In this document: positions 25,748 to 35,233 of the stretch, piece after piece
Layout: each line of letters starts with the position of its first letter
Position numbering within the stretch: position 1 is the stretch's first letter
Source of the DNA: Caldisericum sp. CG2_30_36_11
Lineage (GTDB): Bacteria; Caldisericota; Caldisericia; Caldisericales; Caldisericaceae
Assembly: GCA_001871575.1 (NCBI GenBank)
Contig: MNXV01000075.1
Coordinates: forward strand, 1 to 58,003
Reading direction: 5' to 3'
DNA: 58,003 bases
Notes under the pieces: model-generated
Databases searched by the model: none
The model's input: only the letters and a program-made list of their open reading frames with translations
Told to the model about the DNA's origin: nothing
Translations under genes and position numbers: made by a program

Positions 25748-26760
25748 TTTAAAAATACCCTTAAAAGATCAAGCCAATTTTTGTCAACAAGTTTTAACTT
25801 GCTTGTTGCATCTCCGAGAGGAACAGCAGTAACTTCAGAGCCAACAAGTGCAGCCATTTTTCCAAATTCTCCATTTTGGATCATATCAACTGCCTTGACT
25901 CCTGTTCTTAAAGCAAGCATTCTATCAAAAACTGTCGGTGGACCTCCTCTTTGTATATGGCCTATAACTGCAGAACGAGTTGAAATACCTGTTTTTTTAG
26001 AAATAATATCTGCTACAAAATCGCCTACACCCCTTTTTTGTAAAAGGGTATGTCCAAATTGATCTACTTCCCCTTTTTCCTCAAGGGAAATATCCACTCC
26101 TTCCGAAACAACAACTAATGCATATCCTTTTCTTTCTAAATCTTTCATTAAATGAGTACACATAGCCTCAAAGTCTGGTTTTTCCTCCGGGACCAACACC
26201 CAATCTGCACCACCTGCTATACCCGTATAAAGAGCAACCCAACCGGCTTCTCTTCCCATGACTTCAAGTATTATGATTCTTTTATGCGATTTTGCTGTGT
26301 CTTTCAATCTATTCAATGCATCTACTGCAACTTCTACCGAAGTATAAAAGCCAAATGTGAAATCGGTTCCTGATAAGTCATTATCCATCGTTTTAGGCAC
26401 TCCAACAACCTTCACTCCAAGTTGATATAATTTTAGAGCTACTCCAAGTGTATCGTCGCCACCTATAGCAATAAGTGCATCTATTTCAAACTTCTTCAAA
26501 TTCTCCATTATCCTGTCGGGGCCATTTTCTACTATAAAAGGATTTGTCCTCGATGCAAAAAGAATAGTTCCTCCCTGATTTACAATTTCTTCTACATCCA
26601 CTAAAGAAAGTCTATGAGTTTTTCCTTCAATTGCTCCTTTCCATCCTTCTTCAAAGCCGATCACGTCATAGCCAAAATCAATAGCCCTATAAACAATACC
26701 TCTTATAGCAGAATTTAAACCAGGACAATCCCCTCCACCAGTTAAAACAGCTATCCTCAT
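25744..26760 (-). CDS. pfp: Phosphofructokinase with PPi-type signature residues (GGDDT, PKTMDND)
   Basis: TGGGDCPGLNSAIR, IGGDDT, VPKTMDNDL, VMGREAG and HIQRGG motifs. 338 aa. Confidence 0.75.
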   Translation of the reverse strand: MRIAVLTGGGDCPGLNSAIRGIVYRAIDFGYDVIGFEEGWKGAIEGKTHRLSLVDVEEIVNQGGTILFASRTNPFIVENGPDRIMENLKKFEIDALIAIGGDDTLGVALKLYQLGVKVVGVPKTMDNDLSGTDFTFGFYTSVEVAVDALNRLKDTAKSHKRIIILEVMGREAGWVALYTGIAGGADWVLVPEEKPDFEAMCTHLMKDLERKGYALVVVSEGVDISLEEKGEVDQFGHTLLQKRGVGDFVADIISKKTGISTRSAVIGHIQRGGPPTVFDRMLALRTGVKAVDMIQNGEFGKMAALVGSEVTAVPLGDATSKLKLVDKNWLDLLRVFLK

Positions 26761-27239
26761 TATTGACCTCCTTTTAGAAACTCTAAAAGTCTTTCTAAAA
26801 TTTTATCACTTGCCTGTTCTCTTATTTGTTCTCTACTACCTGAAAAATGTTCCTTAAAAACTTTCGAATCTCCTTTAAAATATATTCCGCTATACACAAC
26901 GCCAATAGGTTTATTTTCTTGAGAAATAGGACCTGTATTCCCAGAAACACTTAAACCTATATCAGTCCTAAATAAATCTGAAACATTTCTGGCAAGCAGT
27001 TCAACTATTTCCTTGCTTATTGCCCCATATTTTTCAATAATATTGTGAGGTATGCTGAGCAATCTCTCTTTTGCATAATAACTGTAAACCACAACACTGC
27101 CCATAAAATATCCTGAACTTCCACTTATACTTGTCAATTTTTCCGAAAGAAGCCCGCCTGTCATAGATTCAGCAACGGAAATGGTTAGCTTTTCTTTCAA
27201 AAGCAATCTGCCAACTTCTTCCACAAGATTTTTCATCAT
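26760..27239 (-). CDS. pncC: CinA C-terminal-domain protein / nicotinamide-nucleotide amidohydrolase PncC
   Basis: ESMTGGLLSEKLTSISGSS motif, 159 aa, stand-alone CinA_C domain. Confidence 0.82.
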   Translation of the reverse strand: MMKNLVEEVGRLLLKEKLTISVAESMTGGLLSEKLTSISGSSGYFMGSVVVYSYYAKERLLSIPHNIIEKYGAISKEIVELLARNVSDLFRTDIGLSVSGNTGPISQENKPIGVVYSGIYFKGDSKVFKEHFSGSREQIREQASDKILERLLEFLKGGQ

Positions 27240-27248
27240 ACTGAGTAA

Positions 27249-27276
27249 ATTTTACACAATTTTATAATTCTTGCAA
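27249..27276 (-). promoter_or_regulatory. Putative sigma70-type promoter of the cinA-pfp-pfkA-kinase-regulator operon
   Basis: Minus strand reads TTGCAA-N16-TAAAAT. The -10 box ends only 9 nt before the ATG, and there is no Shine-Dalgarno sequence. Confidence 0.35.
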
Positions 27277-27488
27277 GAAATCGAATTGAATCACCAAAAT
27301 ATAAATGAAATTAATCGTTGCCTTTGCGATTCTATGGAAAATTTAGAATGGAGAGGGCTGGATAATGTTTTATTTTGTATAGAAATATAACTCTATAATT
27401 GTAAACTAAAAATTGAGTAGTGGTTTTAGACTACAAAAACATATTTATATATATAATATACAAAAGCAAAAAATAAAGGAGAAACTTT

Positions 27489-29222
27489 ATGAGAATGACA
27501 GAGTTTTTCATTCCGACTTTAAGAGAAGAACCACAGGATGCCGAAATTGCCAGTCACAAACTTATGTTGAAGGCTGGTTTAATAAGGAAAGTAGCTGCAG
27601 GAATATATTCTTACCTGCCATTAGGCCTAATTTCATTGCAAAAATTAGAAAATATCGTTAGAGAAGAAATGAACTCCACGGGTTCTATTGAAGTATTGTT
27701 TCCTGCCATTCTCCCAAAAGAAATCTGGGAAGAAACAGGGCGATGGGACGATTATGGAAGTGAAATGTTTAGATTAAAAGACCGCAAAGAAAGGAAATTT
27801 TGCCTTGGGCCAACGCATGAGGAAGCAGTCGTTGACCTCGTAAGAAACGAAGTGCGCTCATATAAAGAGCTACCCAAAATCTTTTATCAGATACAAACAA
27901 AATATCGTGACGAAATAAGGCCGAGATTCGGTCTGGTAAGAGCAAGAGAATTTGTTATGAAGGATGCTTATTCTTTTGATGCAACAGAGGAAGACCTTGA
28001 AAAAACGTATTTAAAAATTTATAATGCATACAAAAGAATATTTAAGCGGTGCGGATTGACAACAATACCAATTGAGGCTGATTCGGGAGCAATTGGCGGC
28101 AAAATCTCACACGAATTTGTAGTAAAGTCGGAATTCGGGGGCGAGAGCGAGTTCGTATGTTGCCCAAAATGTGGATATGCAGCAAATACTGAAGCCGCAA
28201 AATCTCACGCTCCTGAAGAGAAAAAAATAACAGAGGAAGAAAAACCAATAACTAAAGTTCGAACTTTCGAAGCAAAAACCATAGAAGAGGTCGCTAATTT
28301 CCTTAAAATCGACATTACTAAACTTGCTAAATCGTTGCTTTATAAAATAGATAATGAATTTATTCTCGCAGTTGTAAGAGGAGATGACGAATTAAATGAA
28401 ATTAAGTTAAAGAATTTACTAAACGGAAGAGAAATACATCCTGCTGACGGTAAAGAGGTTTTTGAAATAATGGATGCGAATATTGGAGCCATCGGTCCTA
28501 TTAAGAGATCAAACATTAAAATTGTGATAGATAAAATGTTAACAATATCAAAAAATCTTGTTACAGGCGCAAATGAAGATGGTTATCATTTAACAAATGT
28601 AAACATCGGAAGAGACTTCGAACCATCATTAATAGCAGACATAAGAACTGTAAAAGAAGGGGATCCATGCCCAATTTGTGGTGCAAAGATTGAAATGTAT
28701 AATGGGATAGAAGTAGGACACGCTTTTAAACTTGGAGCAAAATATTCAGAAAAAATGCACGCGGTTTTTCTTGATAAAGAAGGCAAAGAAAAATATTACA
28801 TAATGGGCTGCTACGGAATAGGCATTGGAAGGACATTACAGGCAGTTATAGAGGAGCATCGCGATAATTTTGGAATTAAGTGGCCAGTTTCTATTGCACC
28901 ATTTCATGCAGAAATTCTCCCATTAAACTTATTTGAGGAAGAAATAAAGAAACTCTCGGACGAAATTTACAGTCAATTTTTACAAGAGAAAATCGAAGTT
29001 CTGATAGATGACAGGATTGATGTAAGTGCTGGGGTAAAATTTAATGATGCAGATTTGATAGGAGCTCCATTACAGGTGATAATAGGAAAGAATTTCAAGA
29101 AAAATGGTATGCTTGAAGTAAAAATAAGGGAAACTGGCGAAAAGTTACTTTTAGAAAAAGAAAAAATTTTAACTTTTGCAAAGAATTTTATTGATAACGA
29201 ATTAAAAAACCTAAACAAATAG
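27489..29222 (+). CDS. proS: Proline-tRNA ligase (bacterial type with INS editing domain)
   Basis: 577 aa with class II motifs (FRLKDRKERKFCLGPTHEE, YQIQTKYRDEIRPRFG, GCYGIGIGR). Confidence 0.93.
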   Translation: MRMTEFFIPTLREEPQDAEIASHKLMLKAGLIRKVAAGIYSYLPLGLISLQKLENIVREEMNSTGSIEVLFPAILPKEIWEETGRWDDYGSEMFRLKDRKERKFCLGPTHEEAVVDLVRNEVRSYKELPKIFYQIQTKYRDEIRPRFGLVRAREFVMKDAYSFDATEEDLEKTYLKIYNAYKRIFKRCGLTTIPIEADSGAIGGKISHEFVVKSEFGGESEFVCCPKCGYAANTEAAKSHAPEEKKITEEEKPITKVRTFEAKTIEEVANFLKIDITKLAKSLLYKIDNEFILAVVRGDDELNEIKLKNLLNGREIHPADGKEVFEIMDANIGAIGPIKRSNIKIVIDKMLTISKNLVTGANEDGYHLTNVNIGRDFEPSLIADIRTVKEGDPCPICGAKIEMYNGIEVGHAFKLGAKYSEKMHAVFLDKEGKEKYYIMGCYGIGIGRTLQAVIEEHRDNFGIKWPVSIAPFHAEILPLNLFEEEIKKLSDEIYSQFLQEKIEVLIDDRIDVSAGVKFNDADLIGAPLQVIIGKNFKKNGMLEVKIRETGEKLLLEKEKILTFAKNFIDNELKNLNK

Positions 29223-29225
29223 GTT

Positions 29226-29251
29226 AGGGCCTGAATAAACAGGCCCTTTTA
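29226..29251. terminator. Bidirectional intrinsic terminator between convergent proS and fabF
   Basis: AGGGCCTG-aataaa-CAGGCCCT stem-loop followed by TTTT. Confidence 0.7.
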
Positions 29252-29277
29252 AATTGATTGAAGAAATCGATATACTC

Positions 29278-30516
29278 TTAATCCTCGAATTTCTTGTAAA
29301 GTAATGTTATGTTGTGCCCCCCAAATCCAAAAGAATTCTTCAATGCAACTTTAACATTAAATTCCCTTGCAACATTTGGTACATAGTCAAGATCGCAATC
29401 CGGATCAGCTTCCTCATAATTTGTAGTAGGAAAAATTATTCCATTATTAATAGTTAACACTGTTGCAACAGATTCCAAAGCCGAAGAAGCCCCCAAAAGG
29501 TGCCCAACCATTGACTTTGTAGAACTTACGGGAATCTTATAAGCACGATCACCAAATACTTCTTTAATGGCAAAAGTTTCATTTTTGTCATTCAATGGCG
29601 TGGATGTACCATGGGCATTTATATAATCAACATCATTTACAGTCAATCCCGCTTTTTGAAGCGCCATAAGCATTGATCTTTCGACTTGTTTTCCAGACGG
29701 ATCAGGTGCAGTAATATGATATGCATCAACCGATGTACCATAGCCTGCAAGTTCTGCATAGATTTTTGCACCTCTCGATTTTGCATGAGAAAGGGATTCC
29801 AGTATCAAAATACTCGCACCCTCTCCCATCACAAAACCATCCCTATTTTTATCAAACGGTCGAGAGGCTTTTTCAGGAGCATCATTCCTTTTTGAAAGTG
29901 CTCTCATAGATGCAAAAGCAGCTACACCAACAGGCGTTATGGCAGCATCAGCTCCACCAGCAATAACTACATCAAGATCTCCACGCTGAATTGCATAAAA
30001 CGCTTCACCAATGGTTTTACCGGAAGATGCACATGCGGCAACAGCAGCTAACGTATCCCCTTTCAAACCGTACTTTATCGCTATATATGCAGGGATAGCA
30101 TCTATAATCAACTGAGTAATTAGAAATGGACTTACTCTATCTGGCCCTCTATCATAATATACTTTAACCTGGTCTTCAATTGAGCGAATTCCACCAACAC
30201 CTGAAGTAACATACACCCCTATTCTCTCAGTATTTTCTTTTTCAAATAAAAGCCCTGAGTCCTCTATTGCCCCCTTAGCTGCAGCAAAAGCAAATTGCTG
30301 GACTCGATCAAGTCTCTTTACATCCTTTTTATCAACATAATCTTCTGGATTAAAATCCTTAACCTCCCCTGCTATTTGGACAGAATGAAGGGATGGATCG
30401 AACAGACTAATCCTTGAAATTCCATTTTTACCCTGTTTTAGTGATTCAAAAAATTTCTCCACTCCAATCCCAATGGAGGAAACAACTCCTAAACCTGTAA
30501 CAACAACTTTTTCCAT
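29278..30516 (-). CDS. fabF: 3-oxoacyl-ACP synthase II
   Basis: KAS II family, 412 aa, active-site ACASS and HGTSTP, GHLLGA. Confidence 0.92.
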   Translation of the reverse strand: MEKVVVTGLGVVSSIGIGVEKFFESLKQGKNGISRISLFDPSLHSVQIAGEVKDFNPEDYVDKKDVKRLDRVQQFAFAAAKGAIEDSGLLFEKENTERIGVYVTSGVGGIRSIEDQVKVYYDRGPDRVSPFLITQLIIDAIPAYIAIKYGLKGDTLAAVAACASSGKTIGEAFYAIQRGDLDVVIAGGADAAITPVGVAAFASMRALSKRNDAPEKASRPFDKNRDGFVMGEGASILILESLSHAKSRGAKIYAELAGYGTSVDAYHITAPDPSGKQVERSMLMALQKAGLTVNDVDYINAHGTSTPLNDKNETFAIKEVFGDRAYKIPVSSTKSMVGHLLGASSALESVATVLTINNGIIFPTTNYEEADPDCDLDYVPNVAREFNVKVALKNSFGFGGHNITLLYKKFED

Positions 30517-30518
30517 GC

Positions 30519-30761
30519 CTACTTAATGTGATCTTTAATATACTGCAAAGTGCTGCCAATCGTAGTAATTTTCTCAATGTCCTCATCGGGTATTTTCATA
30601 CCAAATTCATCTTCAAGAGCCATTGCTATATCAACAAGAGTTAATGAATCCGCACCGAGATCATCCACATACTTTGCTGAATCAACAATTTTGTCGTCCT
30701 CGACACCTAACTTGTCTTTAATGATTGCAACTACCTTTTCTCTAATTTCTTTTTCTTCCAT
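30519..30761 (-). CDS. acpP: Acyl carrier protein
   Basis: 80 aa, LGADSL phosphopantetheine attachment motif. Confidence 0.93.
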   Translation of the reverse strand: MEEKEIREKVVAIIKDKLGVEDDKIVDSAKYVDDLGADSLTLVDIAMALEDEFGMKIPDEDIEKITTIGSTLQYIKDHIK

Positions 30762-30782
30762 AACATACCTCCTATTTTTGTT

Positions 30783-31538
30783 TTATCCTAAAGATAAGCC
30801 ACCATCAATGATTATGGTAGCTCCTGTTATATAAGAAGCAAGAGGGGAAACAAGAAATGCAGTAACGTTTGCAATATCTTCAGGTTTTCCAATCCTCTTA
30901 TTAGCAACTCTTTTCAAAAATTCTTCTTTAATCTTTTCCGGTAAACTTTTCGTCATTTTTGTATCTATAAATCCAGGGGCTATAACATTAGCATTTATAT
31001 TTCTCGTTCCGTATTCTAAAGCTATAGCCTTTGTCAAACCAATTAAGCCGGCTTTAGAAGATACATAATTTGCCTGGCCAATATTTCCTGTAAGACCAAC
31101 AACGGAAGATATATTTACAATTCTTCCAAATCTATCTTTTAACATATACCTCAAAACGTGCTTTGTCATAAGAAATGCGCCTTTTAAATTAGTCTCAAGC
31201 ACCTTATCCCACTCATCAGAAGAAAGTCTTAAAATCAAGTTGTCTTTAGTTATACCGGCATTATTTACTAAAATATCAATCTTTTTAAATTCAGCATATA
31301 TTTCATCAACTGTTCTTTTAACACCATCCTCATCAGATACGTTGCACTTAAAAATAAGCACCTTTTTGCCTTTATTTATAATTTCAGATTCAACTTCTCT
31401 GGCAGCTTCCGCATTAAAAGCATAAAGAATAGCAACATCAGCACCACAATTAGCTAAAGTAAGCGATATTTGTCTACCGATTCCTCGAGAACCCCCGGTA
31501 ACAATTGCCTTCATTCCAGTAAGATCTATATTAAGCAT
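30783..31538 (-). CDS. fabG: 3-oxoacyl-ACP reductase
   Basis: SDR family: TGGSRGIG, NNAG, YVSSKAG. Confidence 0.9.
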   Translation of the reverse strand: MLNIDLTGMKAIVTGGSRGIGRQISLTLANCGADVAILYAFNAEAAREVESEIINKGKKVLIFKCNVSDEDGVKRTVDEIYAEFKKIDILVNNAGITKDNLILRLSSDEWDKVLETNLKGAFLMTKHVLRYMLKDRFGRIVNISSVVGLTGNIGQANYVSSKAGLIGLTKAIALEYGTRNINANVIAPGFIDTKMTKSLPEKIKEEFLKRVANKRIGKPEDIANVTAFLVSPLASYITGATIIIDGGLSLG

Positions 31539-32430
31539 TAATTAAACCCTCCACTGCTTCTATCTTTGTATCTTTAACTATTTTTTCTACCATACTTTTC
31601 AATACATTTTTAGGACCCACTTCTATAAAATGATTCACGCCCATTTTTTGAATATTAAGTACAGAATTAACCCATTTAACCGGACCCGTCAATTGTCTTT
31701 TCAAATTATCTTTAATTTCCATAACCGAGCCAGGAACAGTTCCCGTAACATTTTGCACTATAGGTATTTCCGGATTTTTAAACTCCACCTTGTCAATGAA
31801 TTTACTCATTTCTTCTACAACAGGCTCCATTAGCGGTGAATGAAAAGCTGCAGAAACCTCAAGAACTTTAGCAATTTTAGCCCCTTCTTCTTTAGCTATC
31901 TTCTGCGCCTCGTATATTGCATTTAACTCGCCTGAAAGAACAACCTGTTCAAGAGTATTTATATTTGCGGTTACAACTATGCCATAATTTTTTGCTTTAT
32001 TAAGGACATTTCTTAATTTATCTTCCGATAAACCAACTACAGCCAACATCTTACCCGGGTTATTTTGAGAAGCCTCTTTCATTAAAATTCCGCGTTTCTC
32101 GACGAGTTTTAAACCATCTTCAAAAGATAAAACATTTGCAGCAACAAGTGCAGAATATTCACCAAGGCTATGGCCTGCTACAACATCTGGTTTAATATTC
32201 TTCTCTGCAAGAAGGGCATTATAAATAAGCGAAACAGTAAAAATTGCTGGTTGCGCAACTTCAGTTGAAGTTAATTTATCCATTGGACCATTGCTGCAAA
32301 CATTGTATAAATCAAAGCCTAAAATTTCAGAGGCTTTATCAAACATCGTTTTTTTAATATTAAAATCAGGGATTTTTTCATTCATTCCAACATATTGAGA
32401 GCCCTGTCCCGGGAAAATAAATGCCTTCAT
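31531..32430 (-). CDS. fabD: ACP S-malonyltransferase
   Basis: FPGQGSQ and GHSLGEYSA motifs. Start set at ATG 32430, which follows GGAG; the ORF track GTG is at 32439. Confidence 0.9.
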   Translation of the reverse strand: MKAFIFPGQGSQYVGMNEKIPDFNIKKTMFDKASEILGFDLYNVCSNGPMDKLTSTEVAQPAIFTVSLIYNALLAEKNIKPDVVAGHSLGEYSALVAANVLSFEDGLKLVEKRGILMKEASQNNPGKMLAVVGLSEDKLRNVLNKAKNYGIVVTANINTLEQVVLSGELNAIYEAQKIAKEEGAKIAKVLEVSAAFHSPLMEPVVEEMSKFIDKVEFKNPEIPIVQNVTGTVPGSVMEIKDNLKRQLTGPVKWVNSVLNIQKMGVNHFIEVGPKNVLKSMVEKIVKDTKIEAVEGLINA

Positions 32431-33413
32431 TTCGACCACTCCAAAAGCATTGCGCCTGAAGTCATCCCGGCACCAAAGGAAACCATAAGAATTTTATCGC
32501 CTTTTTCAATTTTTCCTTTCTGATAAATTTCATTAAGTGAAACTGGAATTGACGCAGCAGAGGAATTACCAAATTTATCAATTGTTATAACAACTTTATC
32601 CATTGGGATACCGAGTCTTCCAACCCCGGCCTCAATGATTCTAAGATTCGCCTGATGAGGGATAAACCAGTCAACATCATCAACCTTAAAACCAGTTTTT
32701 TCAAGAATAATATTAGAAACTCTGCTTATTTCTCTTACTGAAAATTTAAAAACTTCCTTACCATTCATAGTTGTATAATGTAGTTTCTTGTCGAGTACTT
32801 CTTTGCTAAAAGGCAAAGCAGTTCCACCACCAGGAATTTCTAAATACTTCGATAAGCTGCCATCGGCAAAAAGCTCAAAGCCTAAAAAACCTCCATTATC
32901 AGTCTTTCCAACAACTGCTGCCCCTGCGCCATCTCCAAACAAAACATAAGTATAACGATCTTCTTTATCCATCATTCGGGTAATTACTTCTGCACCGATT
33001 GAAAGAACATTCTTATACATACCTGATTGGACGAACTGCACTGCTACTGTTGTAGCATATATCCATCCAGTACAGCCAGCCTGCAAATCAAATGCTGCGG
33101 CATTACGTGCTCCTATTTTGTCCTGTACGATACATGCAGTAGCTGGGTAAAACAACTTGTCTGGAGAATTTGTTCCAACAATTATCAAGTCTATATCTTC
33201 GGGCTTCAAATTGGCGTCTTCCAATGCTTTAAGTGCGGCCTTTGCAGCAAGATCGCTCGTAACCTCATTATCATTTGCAAACCTTCTCTCTCTTATGCCC
33301 GTCCTCGTTCTAATCCATTCATCAGATGTATCCAACATTTTTTCCATATCAAAATTAGTAAGAATTCTATCGGGTAGATAACTTCCAATACCTAAAATAC
33401 CAACTTTTGACAT
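32427..33413 (-). CDS. fabH: 3-oxoacyl-ACP synthase III
   Basis: KAS III family: AGCTGW, HQANLRI, GFGAGMT-like motifs. Confidence 0.92.
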   Translation of the reverse strand: MSKVGILGIGSYLPDRILTNFDMEKMLDTSDEWIRTRTGIRERRFANDNEVTSDLAAKAALKALEDANLKPEDIDLIIVGTNSPDKLFYPATACIVQDKIGARNAAAFDLQAGCTGWIYATTVAVQFVQSGMYKNVLSIGAEVITRMMDKEDRYTYVLFGDGAGAAVVGKTDNGGFLGFELFADGSLSKYLEIPGGGTALPFSKEVLDKKLHYTTMNGKEVFKFSVREISRVSNIILEKTGFKVDDVDWFIPHQANLRIIEAGVGRLGIPMDKVVITIDKFGNSSAASIPVSLNEIYQKGKIEKGDKILMVSFGAGMTSGAMLLEWSK

Positions 33414-33416
33414 AAA

Positions 33417-33881
33417 TTACCCCCTAAAAGAAGATTTATCAACAAACGTGGCAGAAATAACACCCTCGGCAACAAGTTCATCGCCAGCAAAAACTTGTGC
33501 TTCACTTTTTGCAAAATTATGTCTGAATAAGAGTATTCTTGATTTAACAATTAAAGTTGTATCAGAACTGATTTTCTTGATAAATTTGAATTTCTCAATA
33601 CTGGTAAAAAGACCGAAGAGATTTTTAAGCGAAGGAATCGTAAGAATCATAAATGCAGAAATCTGGGCTGCCATTTCTACTATTATCACTCCTGGTAAAA
33701 TAGGCAAACCAGGGAAGTGCCCTTTAAAAAAATCTTCCTTACCCGTAAATGTCTTTTTTCCAACAACGCTTTCGCCAGGAACTACTTCTATTATCTCATC
33801 TACAAATAAAAAGGGTTCTCTATGAGGAATAAGCCCTTTTAACTCATCTAAAGATAAATGCAAGCTATCCATATCAATCAC
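33417..33881 (-). CDS. fabZ: 3-hydroxyacyl-ACP dehydratase
   Basis: LIPHREPFLFVD and GHFPGLPILPGV motifs. Confidence 0.92.
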   Translation of the reverse strand: MIDMDSLHLSLDELKGLIPHREPFLFVDEIIEVVPGESVVGKKTFTGKEDFFKGHFPGLPILPGVIIVEMAAQISAFMILTIPSLKNLFGLFTSIEKFKFIKKISSDTTLIVKSRILLFRHNFAKSEAQVFAGDELVAEGVISATFVDKSSFRG

Positions 33882-35170
33882 TGATTTTCTAAAAGAGCTT
33901 TCCTGCTGAGTTTTATCTTTTTATTTTCTTTATCAATAGCAATCACTTTGGCATGGACTCTGTCGCCAATTTCAACAATATCTTCGACTTTATTCACCCT
34001 CTTCACGTCAAGCTGAGAAATATGAATAAGGCCTGTTAAACCATCATCGAGTTCAACGACTGCACCAAAAGGATGAATTCTAATAACGGTACCTTCAACA
34101 GTGCTGTCAACCGGAAACTTACTTTCAACATTATCCCATGGATATGGTTTTGTTTGCCTCAAACTTAAACCTACCTTGCCAGTGTCGAGGTTTACACTAA
34201 TTACTTTTACCTTTATAGTTTCGCTTATTTTGACAATTTCCTGAGGTGGTTTCCTTCTACCCCACGTAAGTTCGTTAACTCGAATCAAGCCCTCTATACC
34301 ATTGCCTATATCAACAAATACCCCAAAATCCTGCACTGATCTAACTACCCCTTCGTATATTTCACCTTTCTTCAAGCTTACCAGGGCCATTTTCTTCTCT
34401 TTTTCTTTTAATTCAGACAAAACCTTAAGCCTGGAAACAATTATTCTTTTTATCGATTGATTAATCTCAAGAATATGGAATTCGAGTGTTTTATTTACAA
34501 ATGATTCTACAGTTTCGCCCTTCCTTAGTCCTATTTGGGATTGGGGCAAAAATGCAGTAATTCCGTCGATATCAATAAGTAACCCGCCCTTTATTGCCTT
34601 GATCACGAGCCCCTGAACTATTTCTACTCTCTCAAATTTGAATTTTAATTCTTGCCATTTCTTAACATAATCAGCCATTTTTTTAGAAAGTTCGATTCTG
34701 TTTTCATTATGGCCATCCTTCATTACAAGCACGTCAATTTTGTCACCAATTTTAACTACTTCTTCTGGAGAATTAATTGGCCTCAGAGACAAACCGTGAG
34801 TAGGTATAAAATGATCTTCCTTCCTTCCAGCACTTACCATTATGCCGTTTGATTCGAGTTTTACTACTGTTACGCTGATAACGTCCCCTCGTCTGAATAA
34901 TTTTGGAAAGAATTCGCTACTGTTTTTAAGAATATCTCTACTTTTTTCACTTTTAGAATTATAAGTTTCATTTTCCTTTTTTTCTGCTTCCACTTTATTC
35001 TGTTCACTTTGAGCCTGTTGTTCTACATTTTCGGCTTCAACTGCCTTTTCAACAGACTCGCTTGTTTCTTCAAAATGCTCACTCCTGGGTAATTTCTTAA
35101 CTTCAGCCTGCTCAAGAATACTCTTTACATCATCAAAGTTTACATTTTCAAAGCTTCCTTTTTCTTCCAT
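33878..35170 (-). CDS. rpsA: 30S ribosomal protein S1-like protein (four S1 domains, acidic/lysine-rich N-terminal extension)
   Basis: Four repeats of the S1 OB-fold pattern (e.g. GEIYEGVVRSVQDFGVFVDIG, VEGTVIRIHPFGAVVELDDGLTGLIHISQL). 430 aa. Confidence 0.8.
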   Translation of the reverse strand: MEEKGSFENVNFDDVKSILEQAEVKKLPRSEHFEETSESVEKAVEAENVEQQAQSEQNKVEAEKKENETYNSKSEKSRDILKNSSEFFPKLFRRGDVISVTVVKLESNGIMVSAGRKEDHFIPTHGLSLRPINSPEEVVKIGDKIDVLVMKDGHNENRIELSKKMADYVKKWQELKFKFERVEIVQGLVIKAIKGGLLIDIDGITAFLPQSQIGLRKGETVESFVNKTLEFHILEINQSIKRIIVSRLKVLSELKEKEKKMALVSLKKGEIYEGVVRSVQDFGVFVDIGNGIEGLIRVNELTWGRRKPPQEIVKISETIKVKVISVNLDTGKVGLSLRQTKPYPWDNVESKFPVDSTVEGTVIRIHPFGAVVELDDGLTGLIHISQLDVKRVNKVEDIVEIGDRVHAKVIAIDKENKKIKLSRKALLENQ

Positions 35171-35233
35171 AGCCCATCTCCTAATTTTACGATTTATTAT
35201 ATAAAATTTCCAAAAATTACAAAATAACTAAAA

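Noticed and set aside
27240-27488. A possible T-box or other riboswitch in the 249-bp region upstream of proS. Also the 82-aa ORF at 27413-27661.
   Set aside because: I recognised no specifier-loop/T-box consensus and no terminator/antiterminator pair, only a short hairpin (GTAGT-N8-ACTAC). The 82-aa ORF overlaps the proS start in another frame and has no support.
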